64,000 bases of DNA from a virus: the IMG/VR virus record IMGVR_UViG_3300032116_000148, positions 4,861 through 68,860 of that record; one strand, written 5' to 3'. The notes below the pieces were generated by a model. That model did not search any database, was not told where the DNA came from, and worked only from the letters and a program-made list of their open reading frames with translations. This document shows positions 1-8,888 of the stretch, one piece after another; position 1 is the first letter of the stretch; each line of letters begins with the position of its first letter. The translations under genes and the position numbers were made by a program.

Positions 1-530
1 ACTTCTCTCTTTTCTCTCTTGACTATCTCCAACATTTGGTTGATGACAGAGAAACCGAAGATCTTGTCGACTATGCCTTTCTTGTCTCCAGGCGACATCG
101 TCAAAAAAGATTTAAAGTCGTTTACTGAGAGTATGATCAGATTCTTAAATACGTTAGCGCTGATACCGAAGAGCTCTTCTTCTAAGTACTCCTGGACGTT
201 GCTTTTTCCAGCCTGATCAAAATCAGTTCCATCGATCTTGACTTTGAAAACAGATGGTGCCAATCCACGCTCTATCTCTATCTTCTTCCCTTTAGCTTCG
301 AGATAGATTTTTCCCCAGAGCTCTTTGTTGATTCTATTCGGTAGATCAGAATTAGTGAATCCATCGACTTTGCCGTAGCAGAGAAACTTGATGATGTTGG
401 CGATGGTGCTTTTTCCATTTCCGTTATTTCCCGTGATCAGATGGAGACAGCCTTCTGACTCCATATCAATGTACTGTACTTTGTTACCGTACGACGCAAA
501 GTTGCGAAATTCTATTCTGTTTATTTTCAT
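1..530 (-). CDS. gp46: SbcC/Rad50-like recombination ATPase (T4 gp46-like), N-terminal part; runs off window start
   Basis: Not in ORF track; hand translation from ATG at 530: MKINRIEFRNFASYGN...LITGNNGNGKSTIANIIKFLCYGK (Walker A); ATGA overlap with the gp47 stop. Confidence 0.9.
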   Translation of the reverse strand, partial: MKINRIEFRNFASYGNKVQYIDMESEGCLHLITGNNGNGKSTIANIIKFLCYGKVDGFTNSDLPNRINKELWGKIYLEAKGKKIEIERGLAPSVFKVKIDGTDFDQAGKSNVQEYLEEELFGISANVFKNLIILSVNDFKSFLTMSPGDKKGIVDKIFGFSVINQMLEIVKREKRE

Positions 531-1597
531 TCTTGGTTGACCTTTTGGTAGAGATTTTCTACCGTGGACAATAATCTTTCTTTGAGAGTGTCGTCATAAC
601 TGCTAGATGCGATGTATCTTTTAGAGATGTTGATCACATCGTAATCGTTAATCTCATCAGCTAAAGCTTGCGATTCTGCTTCTTCGCTCTCGTAAACTTC
701 TGTCTGAATGCTTCTAGCTGAGCCTTCGAGAAGATTCAGAAGCAGGCTGACATTGTAATTTGAAAAAGTCGCTCTATCGACTTTTATGTCGACAAAATTG
801 TTTTCAAATTCTTTCCTGAGTTCATCGATGGTCTTTTCATATAGAGACTCGATGGAATACTTTAGAAACTTCGGAGATCGAGTATTTTCATAGAATTCCT
901 CGATTCCGGTATCAGGCTCTAAAGTCCAAATCCCTTTCGGATTGTTTCTATCAGATCGAGTCATCTGAAAGATGTTACCTACGAAAGTCACGTTCTTATT
1001 CCGTTGAGAATAGTGAATGTGACCTGAATACATTCCTTTGTAACCGTTGTAGATCTCGACTGAATTGCCTCCTTCGTGGATCACGTAAGGGTTAGGATTG
1101 ACTCTGAGACCTCTAACTTCTGAATGACAAAAAACCCAGTCTATGTTTTTGTGAGCTGCTAGAGTTTCTTTTTCATGTTCTTTATCTCTACGCCAAGGCA
1201 TTAAAAGACATCTGCTCTTTTTGAACTCGTGTACTTGAGGTTCTTTGTAAACATGAACGTTTTTGATGTGACGAAGAATATCTACCGAGCTAATGTCGTT
1301 GGTGTTCTTTCTGTAGATGTCGTGGTTTCCGACTATGATGTAGACTGGAAGTCGTTGAGCGATTCTTTCAAAGAGATCTATCGCATAGCTAGCAACCATG
1401 AGATTCATTGTCTGCCGATTGTCAAAAACATCTCCTAGACAATAGAAGACGTCTCCTTCTTTGACATTTTCATCCAGCCAAGTGAGAAAAAAGTTCTCAA
1501 AATAGTCTTTGGCTATCTCAAACCATTCTAAGTTATTTGACCTGAGACCGAAGTGCCAGTCTGAAGAAAAAATTATTCGGGTTGCGTTTATTCTCAT
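527..1597 (-). CDS. gp47: SbcD/Mre11-like recombination nuclease (T4 gp47-like)
   Basis: Metallophosphoesterase motifs SDWHFG, LGDVFD, VGNHD, FCH, SGHIH; adjacent to gp46. Confidence 0.92.
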   Translation of the reverse strand: MRINATRIIFSSDWHFGLRSNNLEWFEIAKDYFENFFLTWLDENVKEGDVFYCLGDVFDNRQTMNLMVASYAIDLFERIAQRLPVYIIVGNHDIYRKNTNDISSVDILRHIKNVHVYKEPQVHEFKKSRCLLMPWRRDKEHEKETLAAHKNIDWVFCHSEVRGLRVNPNPYVIHEGGNSVEIYNGYKGMYSGHIHYSQRNKNVTFVGNIFQMTRSDRNNPKGIWTLEPDTGIEEFYENTRSPKFLKYSIESLYEKTIDELRKEFENNFVDIKVDRATFSNYNVSLLLNLLEGSARSIQTEVYESEEAESQALADEINDYDVINISKRYIASSSYDDTLKERLLSTVENLYQKVNQE

Positions 1598-3165
1598 TTG
1601 AATGTTGTAAACTGACCATTAATGAAATTGATGTGTTGAGCCTTCCCGTCGCCGTGAATGATCACGTGAGATTGCAACCATGAGCTAGGGCCTAGATTGT
1701 AATTGACTCTGAGCTTAGTTGAAGTTCCTACTGATAGGGCTCCGTCTTTTCTACCAGGCGAATGATAGTGTCCTACTACCATCTTCACATTTAACTTTCT
1801 AAATTGTAATAGAGAGCCGCGAGAACCGTTAGAACCGATGTCTCCGTGCTGTCCGAGTTCCCAGCCATTGACCACGAAACTGTCATTACGCCCTAGAGTT
1901 CTCATGTTCGGAAACTTCTTGTTGATCAAATGAGGAATGATACCGTTAGGAGCCTCACCTCTGAGAAGAAGATAACTGTACTCCATGTACTCTATCGAAT
2001 TCTTCATCGTGTTGGCTTTTCTCCAATCGGTATTTTTTAACCAGCGATCTAAGAAATCGTCGTGGTTACTTCTAACCACTGTCACGTTGTAGTCTTTGAA
2101 AGCCTCGAGGCCGGTTAACATTGCTTCTATTTCAGCCTTTAGACAATTTGTCCCGTCCATTTCTTTTTTGAACTGTGCAAAAGGATCGTTCATCTCGTGA
2201 TGGTTAATAGACATGCCGTCAAAAACATCGTGGAGAACTACGTGATTAGGTTTGATCTTTTTCATCATCTGCAGAGTTCTCTTGATCACCTCTTCGTCGT
2301 GGTGACCATAGTGGAGGTCTCCTAGAATTAGTGCAGAAATTTCTGATATCTCGTGAATGACTGAAGAGCTATTATTGAGATCATATTGCACTTTGTAATA
2401 CAAGTCGTGGAAGTTACCATCGACATCGGCGGTGACTTGGCGTGCAAAAAAGACATCCTCGTCTTTTATTTCTACGATCACAAACCCTAAAGTATGGTGG
2501 AACTCTCCTTTCTTGCCAGATTTAGAATCTGTATAGTTCTTCTCGGTGCAAGCACCAGTCGTCATCATCATTTTAGGCATGCAGTCCTGAAGAACAGGTA
2601 TCATTTCTAGCTGAACTTTCGGAGAGCCGAAAATGCATGAATTGATTCCGCTCATTCCCTGCAGTCCAGTCATTGGATCCACTGCAGTAGGTTGGATCTT
2701 TACGTCAGACATGATCCACATGTGTTTATGGATCTCGTGACGATTAGCGTCTAAGTACTGCTCTATTCTCTCCGACCAGGTCTCGTAATTTTTGTCGGTA
2801 AAAATGGATGTCGGATTTTTATATCTGCCTGCGATAACGTGTATGCTTGCATTGATCTTTTGTGAGTAAGCCTCGATGTTAGAAATGAAAGCTTCATGAA
2901 CCGGCGTATCGTTCTGCGCCCAGGTGATGATGAAGCGTTTTTTCTTCTTGTCGAAGACTCTTTTCCTAGCTTCAATTAGTTGAGGAGATTCTTGATCAGG
3001 CTTCTCTTTGATGCCTAATTTAGAAAGCCAAATTTGTACTGTACGTTCAGACTTACCGATGAATGAGCTTAGCTCTGCCATTCTTTCATCGTAAGTTTTG
3101 TCTCTGTCCCAATAGACTTGAGCCATGTGCTGAACGTCATGTTCTTGTAGTTCTTCGAATTTCAT
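1594..3165 (-). CDS. T5 A1-like metallophosphoesterase/nuclease with N-terminal HTH
   Basis: RFIITWAQNDTPVH block; GDLHYG, HDVFDG, SNHDD, QHGD, GHYHSP motifs; HTH-like N-terminus (IGKSERTVQIWL). Confidence 0.65.
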   Translation of the reverse strand: MKFEELQEHDVQHMAQVYWDRDKTYDERMAELSSFIGKSERTVQIWLSKLGIKEKPDQESPQLIEARKRVFDKKKKRFIITWAQNDTPVHEAFISNIEAYSQKINASIHVIAGRYKNPTSIFTDKNYETWSERIEQYLDANRHEIHKHMWIMSDVKIQPTAVDPMTGLQGMSGINSCIFGSPKVQLEMIPVLQDCMPKMMMTTGACTEKNYTDSKSGKKGEFHHTLGFVIVEIKDEDVFFARQVTADVDGNFHDLYYKVQYDLNNSSSVIHEISEISALILGDLHYGHHDEEVIKRTLQMMKKIKPNHVVLHDVFDGMSINHHEMNDPFAQFKKEMDGTNCLKAEIEAMLTGLEAFKDYNVTVVRSNHDDFLDRWLKNTDWRKANTMKNSIEYMEYSYLLLRGEAPNGIIPHLINKKFPNMRTLGRNDSFVVNGWELGQHGDIGSNGSRGSLLQFRKLNVKMVVGHYHSPGRKDGALSVGTSTKLRVNYNLGPSSWLQSHVIIHGDGKAQHINFINGQFTTFK

Positions 3166-3168
3166 CCC

Positions 3169-3735
3169 TTAAAATAATTTTCTGATCTTTTTCTTCTCCA
3201 AGATGTTAGTAGCCTTGTCAAGTTCGTTGATCAGTTCATTTTTGTACTTATTGGATAGAGAAGAATAGAACTTGGCTGGAGCAATGTCAAAATAATCTGT
3301 CAGATGAGAGAAAATGTCTATTCTTCTGATGTTGATCAGGTTGGATGAAATGTATCCAAAGACTTCGTTCATCTCTAGCTTGTTCAATTTACGGTGTTTC
3401 AAATTTTCATCGATCAAGTTATGAACTGAAAACTTGGAACTCTCTATCAAACCGTGTATTTGTTGGAAGAGCAATCTTTCGTGGAGCTTCTCTTCAGGAT
3501 TTTCATAAGAATGAAAGCTGCTGTCGACTGTGAATGATACTCTTGTGTAAGAATCAGGCTCAACATCACCGTAAGTGTTGTCGAAAATCTTATCGACTTT
3601 GACTTTCAAAGGAGGTAGAGGCTGACCTTCGCTGTCGACTTCTCCTACCTCTTCGTGGCTCGTATCCTCTTCGAGGTGTTCGGTGTTCTCGATATCGAGC
3701 TCGTCGTCTCTAAATGTGTCCCCTTTTTCTATCAT
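3169..3735 (-). CDS. Hypothetical protein with acidic N-terminus; C-terminus weakly resembles T4 gp33 late co-activator
   Basis: 188-aa ORF coupled to the helicase (ATGA overlap); IDIFSHLTDYFDIAPAKFYSSLSNKYKNELINE and hydrophobic C-end RKLF. Confidence 0.5.
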   Translation of the reverse strand: MIEKGDTFRDDELDIENTEHLEEDTSHEEVGEVDSEGQPLPPLKVKVDKIFDNTYGDVEPDSYTRVSFTVDSSFHSYENPEEKLHERLLFQQIHGLIESSKFSVHNLIDENLKHRKLNKLEMNEVFGYISSNLINIRRIDIFSHLTDYFDIAPAKFYSSLSNKYKNELINELDKATNILEKKKIRKLF

Positions 3736-5033
3736 GATTGATTAGTAATTATGTCTGAAGTCTCTGAGAGCTTCATGTAGTTATAGTCTATAGTGAACCT
3801 GCATTTAGTTCCCTTGCCCTCACCGTCTCTAATCTTCAAGACTTTTAACCAGTATTCTCTGGCTGCATGCATCATTTGATCTTGTATGATAGCATACATC
3901 ATATCTGCAGTGTGGGCCAAACCGGCAGATTCAGCGATATTTTGCATGGTGACTTCTGTTGCGTCCCATGCGCCTCTAGTTAATTGAGTTGCCGTTATGA
4001 TCAACCAATCATTTCTAACAGCCATTGCTCTAAGATCTTCTGCTATCTGCTTTATCTTCAAGTATGTATTTTCGCTGTTAGGATTTCTATAGTTAGCAAG
4101 AATGTTGATGTAATCGATGACAATGGCTTTTAATTTGAACCCTTGCTTCTCTTCAAGACTCTTGAGAAAGTTTTCAATTTCCAGAACAGTGGCTTGGCTC
4201 GTTGGAAATTCTTTAACGAATAATTTTCCAGGTGGCATGAGACCGTTAGAAATTCTATCTAATCTTCTTTTTAGAAAATCTCTATCTGCACTTTTTTGTT
4301 GGTACTCTGACATCTGAATTCCTAGAAGATTAGCTCCTATTCTTTTCATCACTTTAACTGCAGCCATTTCAGCAGTAACATAAACAGTGTTATATCCCAT
4401 CCTCACAAAATTTGCTGCATCATTGGCCATCCAAATAGATTTTCCGACGTTTTGTTCTCCGGCATAAACAATGAGAGATTTAGGATCATATCCGCCATTA
4501 GTTAGTCTATCGATGAAAGTAAGACCTGATTGAATCTTCTGACCTTCTAGTTGAAGGTGATCTTCAGGTGAGAAAAAGTCTAAGCCGAATTTTTCATCAA
4601 AAGAAAGAGAACCTTGGTTAAGAAGACCGATTGCGTGGTTGACAACATTTTCTACATTGTCAGGTGATACTTCTTGAAGCTTTACATATTCAACGACAGA
4701 TATCAATTTTCTATCGAAATACTGCCACTTGACCCAGGCCTCAGTAGTTCTTTTTAACCACTCTTCATCATATTCTTTAATGTCAGTTTGAAAGATTGCT
4801 TCTACAATGTCATCATCTAATTTTCTCTTAGTTTTGATGTCTTTGATCAAAATCTTTAACTGCTCTTTAGAAGGAGTCTCTGAGAATTTTGTGAGAAACT
4901 GTTTAGAAACTTTCGCCAAAAGATCAATATCAGGATTCTTGAAAAATCCTTCGTAGACTTTGTCTAAGAGAATTGGGTTTCTCAGAAAATACAAGAAAAA
5001 AATCTTTTCAAAATCTACACCGTAACGATCCAT
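3732..5033 (-). CDS. gp41: DnaB-like replicative helicase (T4 gp41-like)
   Basis: Walker A AGEQNVGKS, YVTAEM, Walker B IVIDYINI, TATQLTR, IAESAG, LKIRDG. Confidence 0.93.
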   Translation of the reverse strand: MDRYGVDFEKIFFLYFLRNPILLDKVYEGFFKNPDIDLLAKVSKQFLTKFSETPSKEQLKILIKDIKTKRKLDDDIVEAIFQTDIKEYDEEWLKRTTEAWVKWQYFDRKLISVVEYVKLQEVSPDNVENVVNHAIGLLNQGSLSFDEKFGLDFFSPEDHLQLEGQKIQSGLTFIDRLTNGGYDPKSLIVYAGEQNVGKSIWMANDAANFVRMGYNTVYVTAEMAAVKVMKRIGANLLGIQMSEYQQKSADRDFLKRRLDRISNGLMPPGKLFVKEFPTSQATVLEIENFLKSLEEKQGFKLKAIVIDYINILANYRNPNSENTYLKIKQIAEDLRAMAVRNDWLIITATQLTRGAWDATEVTMQNIAESAGLAHTADMMYAIIQDQMMHAAREYWLKVLKIRDGEGKGTKCRFTIDYNYMKLSETSDIITNQS

Positions 5034-5043
5034 TTTATTTTTT

Positions 5044-5068
5044 TTATAGTCGAAGATGACAAAGTTTC
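5044..5068 (-). promoter_or_regulatory. GAAAC-class promoter (helicase)
   Basis: GAAAC-N14-CTATAA. Confidence 0.65.
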
Positions 5069-5071
5069 CGG

Positions 5072-5359
5072 TTATACGTAAGGATTGTTGTCAACCTTAA
5101 CGATCATCTTTTCTTCAGAAACTTTACCTATTTTAATGTAGCCTTGAGATGAGAGAGAAGTTAGAAGAGTCCTGATTCTTTCTCTATCCTCTCCTAATTG
5201 AGAGGCTAGTTGGACATCAGTGAAAGAAGGATCTTTTCGGCTACCTACTTCTTTGATGATATGAAAAAGTAGATCATGCTCATCAGGATAGCCAGGCAAA
5301 TCTTTGGCTATCCCGAGAACGTGTTTTATTTTGACTTTGTTCCAATTTATGTTACTCAT
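5072..5359 (-). CDS. Small winged-helix DNA-binding protein
   Basis: FTDVQLASQLGEDRERIRTLLTSLSSQGYIKI is a wHTH pattern; overlaps the uvsX end. Confidence 0.6.
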   Translation of the reverse strand: MSNINWNKVKIKHVLGIAKDLPGYPDEHDLLFHIIKEVGSRKDPSFTDVQLASQLGEDRERIRTLLTSLSSQGYIKIGKVSEEKMIVKVDNNPYV

Positions 5360-6572
5360 TTTCTTTTGTAAGTTCTTCAGCTATCTCGTCAGAATCTTCA
5401 AAAGTCTCAGGATCATCATCAAACTCTTCATCAACTCCGTAACTGAAGGTTGGTTTGATTATTTTTTCATCTAAGAGATCTAAGACTTCTTTCGTGATAA
5501 CCTCAGGTTTGAAAAGCATGTTCAAATCTACTGTATCGTTCAAGTGTTTGACGCAAAGCTTACGAGCAGTTTCAGAAGGCTGGAAGTAAACAGTGACCTC
5601 ATCACCTTTTTCGTTCTTGTATGTGTGTTTACGACAAGGTTCTTTATCCTTTTCAGACATCTTCATGAAATCTTTTTCGTTGATCAGTCTGCCTCTCTGA
5701 ATACCGCAATTGTCCCAGCTGATAAATTCCTGAAGACCGACGTAGGGGTTCATTCCTTTGTTGAAGTCTATCCAAAACTTGACAGGCGTTGGTTTTGCGA
5801 ATCTGTTCTTGTTAGGCTTTGCAGTAACTATGATTCCTGTAGAATTACCGTCTGCTAATTTTGCTTTGTTCAAGAAAAGAATAATAGATGCTGCGTATTC
5901 AGGTCCCGTTCCTCCACCTGCAACTTGCTTGCTAAAAAGATCTTGAGTCTGATAGACGTGGTTAGTAAAGAGAAAAGGAATCTTGCAAATACCCATTTGC
6001 GTCATCAAAATTCTGAAAGTAGATTTCAAGAGTCTTGCTCTTGTCATATCTGATTTATCTGAGCCGGATGCTGCATCATCGATTTCTTTTTGAGTTGCGA
6101 GGTTACCTGCAGAATCCAGGATCACCATGATGCGAGGAAGCTCTGATCCTTTCTTCTTAGCTTCTAACATTGCTTTGGTCAAGTTAGTGACGCTAGATCT
6201 AAATTCCTGGACAGTGTTACAGGGTTCGTAACGAAGCTTAGCAGGATCGATACCGAATTTATCTGTAAGGCTTCTATCTACAGCGTTCTCAGAATCGTAG
6301 TAGATGATAGAGTAGCCTAGTTTTTGAGCTTCTCTAACTGCATTTAAGATCAGATAAGTCTTTCCGGTGCCTGAAGGTCCTGCGATGGCTACTGATCTGT
6401 TATTGGGGAATCCGCCCCAAACTGAACCGGTAAGAGCTGCATTAAGAGCATAGTTACCGGTGCTGATATGATGATCAACCGTACTTACTTCGCTCTTGTC
6501 TAAAGTATCTCCGAATGTAGATATTTTAGAAAGCTCTTTGTTCAGGTCTTCGAATGTGAAAGTCTTAGACAT
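5352..6572 (-). CDS. uvsX: RecA-family recombinase UvsX
   Basis: ISTGNYALN, AGPSGTGKT, YYDSE, ILDSAGNL, DMTRA, FTNHVY, GGG.GPEYAAS. Confidence 0.93.
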   Translation of the reverse strand: MSKTFTFEDLNKELSKISTFGDTLDKSEVSTVDHHISTGNYALNAALTGSVWGGFPNNRSVAIAGPSGTGKTYLILNAVREAQKLGYSIIYYDSENAVDRSLTDKFGIDPAKLRYEPCNTVQEFRSSVTNLTKAMLEAKKKGSELPRIMVILDSAGNLATQKEIDDAASGSDKSDMTRARLLKSTFRILMTQMGICKIPFLFTNHVYQTQDLFSKQVAGGGTGPEYAASIILFLNKAKLADGNSTGIIVTAKPNKNRFAKPTPVKFWIDFNKGMNPYVGLQEFISWDNCGIQRGRLINEKDFMKMSEKDKEPCRKHTYKNEKGDEVTVYFQPSETARKLCVKHLNDTVDLNMLFKPEVITKEVLDLLDEKIIKPTFSYGVDEEFDDDPETFEDSDEIAEELTKENE

Positions 6573-6589
6573 AGTTTTTTATTTGATTA

Positions 6590-6617
6590 TTGTAGTGAAA
6601 AGAAAGCTTTTGTTTCA
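6590..6617 (-). promoter_or_regulatory. GAAAC-class promoter (uvsX)
   Basis: TGAAAC-N16-CTACAA. Confidence 0.6.
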
Positions 6618-6619
6618 TT

Positions 6620-7768
6620 CTAAAAAACAGAAGCAGAATAAACAAGATTCCGATCTAATTTACCTAGACCCATTGCATCAATGACTCGATTGATAGGATC
6701 GACAATGCATCTTTCGAATTGCAGATCATGATCTACGCTAGGAGCAAATTCCACGGGAAAATCTCCTGGAGGAAAAGCAAAGACGTTACAAGTCTTGTCT
6801 TTACTGATGTAGTATTTGATCTTTTCACCGTCCGTCAAAGTCTTATAACGATTCTTGTATTTGCTGTTATTCAAGAGATAGTTGTAGTAACCTGCAGCTC
6901 TGATATGGATGGGACACCCTGAAGCAATCTCAAAATGATCATAATCTGAAAGAACGTATTTTCGATAGTTGTTAATCCTAACGTTGAAAGTAATATGTTC
7001 AGTATTAGCCAACTTGAATTCTCTTTTCAATTTCTTAAGTAGATTGACAAGATCACTGAGCTCGACTTTTTCCACAGAAAATATGAATTTGAGAACTTCT
7101 TTCAGCTTATTTCTAGCAAAGAGAGGAGTACTTGATTGAATGATCTCAAACCCTTTAGCGCTGATTTTTGTAAGAGGCTCATAATGCAGATTAGGATCTT
7201 TCCAAACGATGTTCTGCATGTATTTTTTCTTGGCCAACCAGATGGCATTCTTAGCGATGGATTCCATCTCAAAATCAAGAAAATTATCTGCGTTGAGATC
7301 CTTTGCATATTTTTCAAGAACTTTAACATTGAAGCTGGAGAGACGGTATTCGTACAACTTAAGTACGAATTCTTTTTCATCTCCTTTCCACGTACAGTTT
7401 TCTAAAACTTCCTGAAAGCTCAAATAACATGAATCAGTATCAATGTAAATGACCATAGGCTTTTTGATCTGACCCGTGATTTCAATTCCCATTTTTTCAT
7501 GCACCTCTTTGTCTTTGGTCCAGTACTCCTGAAAGTACTTATTGATCATCTTTTCAGTATAGAGGATCGCATCCTGACCTTGCAAAGTGATGGTTTCAGC
7601 AATATCAACATTGAAAAAATAGAACCACTCGTTACCGAATGCTCCGTAGATAGAGTTCAGCATGAGCTTTACGGCCTGTTCAAAGTTATAGTATTTCTGA
7701 GCTTCGAACTCTACCTGAGCCAATCTTTCTTGTAATTCTTCTAGCTTTTCTCTTTTACTCATTGTCAT
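6620..7768 (-). CDS. gp43B: Family B DNA polymerase, C-terminal subunit of a split gp43 (fingers/palm/thumb)
   Basis: Motif B KLMLNSIYG, ITLQGQ, motif C YIDTDS, AKKKY, KGFEIIQSSTP; no exonuclease or motif A. Confidence 0.92.
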   Translation of the reverse strand: MTMSKREKLEELQERLAQVEFEAQKYYNFEQAVKLMLNSIYGAFGNEWFYFFNVDIAETITLQGQDAILYTEKMINKYFQEYWTKDKEVHEKMGIEITGQIKKPMVIYIDTDSCYLSFQEVLENCTWKGDEKEFVLKLYEYRLSSFNVKVLEKYAKDLNADNFLDFEMESIAKNAIWLAKKKYMQNIVWKDPNLHYEPLTKISAKGFEIIQSSTPLFARNKLKEVLKFIFSVEKVELSDLVNLLKKLKREFKLANTEHITFNVRINNYRKYVLSDYDHFEIASGCPIHIRAAGYYNYLLNNSKYKNRYKTLTDGEKIKYYISKDKTCNVFAFPPGDFPVEFAPSVDHDLQFERCIVDPINRVIDAMGLGKLDRNLVYSASVF

Positions 7769-8513
7769 CTACGATGGCGAGAGCTACGGTAAGAATTGTG
7801 TTAGTGTCTAGAGATTTAAAAATGGCTTTGTTCTCGCAAACAACCACTTTATAGTTCTCTTTGTCTAAGATCGGAATGTATTTTTTATACATGCTGACTT
7901 CTGTCATCTCTTCATTGTGAATTTCGACCTGGTGAGTGAGGACTGCATCATATCTGTCACCGGATACATGTACTCCTTTTTCAGATACTTTGAATTTGAA
8001 GAGTTCTCTATCATCTTCGAGTTTGAAGAGAGACTTCATCTTATCCACATGGACTGTAAGAAGTTCAAAGCTGAAAACTTTACCGGTTGCTCCGAATGCT
8101 CTTTTGATTTCGTCATCGGTCATTTCCATGAAGTTCAAGCTTGGGTCTGCACAGTAAAGATTGATCTTCAGATTTTCATCTTCTACAGTAAAGTCTGTAG
8201 CTACTAGATCATCTCCGATTTTCTGGTAAGATACTTTTGCTGAAATTTCTTCACCGAAGAAAGATAGAGCATCAATTACTTTGTTGCCGTTGAAGAACGA
8301 GATCTTGATAGGAGCTGCTGGTGCTTCTTCAAGCTCGAACATTTCTGCGGTCTTTACTGTGGTGAACTTGACGGCGTCTTTCTGTGGAAGATAGACGGAA
8401 GAGGTTACTTGATCTGCAGCCAATTTCATGAAGATGAATTTATCGATCGATAAAAGCTTCTTCACAAAGGTCTGAAATTCGACCCCGTTAATTTTTTTGA
8501 TTTTGAGTTCCAT
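7755..8513 (-). CDS. Probable sliding clamp (T4 gp45-like)
   Basis: 252 aa with a two-domain alpha/beta pattern, LYCADPS linker; overlaps the polymerase start by 14 bp. Confidence 0.65.
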   Translation of the reverse strand: MELKIKKINGVEFQTFVKKLLSIDKFIFMKLAADQVTSSVYLPQKDAVKFTTVKTAEMFELEEAPAAPIKISFFNGNKVIDALSFFGEEISAKVSYQKIGDDLVATDFTVEDENLKINLYCADPSLNFMEMTDDEIKRAFGATGKVFSFELLTVHVDKMKSLFKLEDDRELFKFKVSEKGVHVSGDRYDAVLTHQVEIHNEEMTEVSMYKKYIPILDKENYKVVVCENKAIFKSLDTNTILTVALAIVDDNE

Positions 8514-8540
8514 TTTTTGAAATAGTTTGAATTAGTATTT

Positions 8541-8566
8541 TTATTGAAAAAATGACCAGAGTTTCA
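8541..8566 (-). promoter_or_regulatory. GAAAC-class promoter (clamp and polymerase C-subunit)
   Basis: TGAAAC-N14-CAATAA. Confidence 0.65.
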
Positions 8567-8574
8567 CGTTTAGC

Positions 8575-8603
8575 AAAAAAAAGCCCAAACTTACGTTCGG
8601 GCC
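8575..8603 (-). terminator. Intrinsic terminator after Hc1
   Basis: GCCCGAAC-GUAA-GUUUGGGC followed by U8. Confidence 0.85.
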
Positions 8604-8625
8604 TTTAACACTCGTATGAACAAAA

Positions 8626-8820
8626 TTATTTCTTATCAGCGGCGTCTGTTTCCTTCTTAGAATTCTGGACTTCTAGTCTCATTTCTTGAGCAAGACCTTT
8701 TAACTCTTGCATCGCTTTTCTGATTCTAGTTCCAGCAGCCTTGTTGCCTTTGACGAAGAATTTATCCACGTCATCTTCAGTTGCTTTAATGAGCTCCTGA
8801 ATCTTTTGAAATGTACTCAT
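8626..8820 (-). CDS. Histone H1-like (Hc1 family) nucleoid protein
   Basis: KGNKAAGTRIRKAMQELK signature. Confidence 0.8.
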   Translation of the reverse strand: MSTFQKIQELIKATEDDVDKFFVKGNKAAGTRIRKAMQELKGLAQEMRLEVQNSKKETDAADKK

Positions 8821-8854
8821 ATTGATTTTTTTTGTTAGACAAATTTAGATATTT

Positions 8855-8880
8855 CTATTGAAACCAGAAAAAAAGTTTCA
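8855..8880 (-). promoter_or_regulatory. GAAAC-class promoter (Hc1)
   Basis: TGAAAC-N14-CAATAG. Confidence 0.65.
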
Positions 8881-8888
8881 ACATTTTT

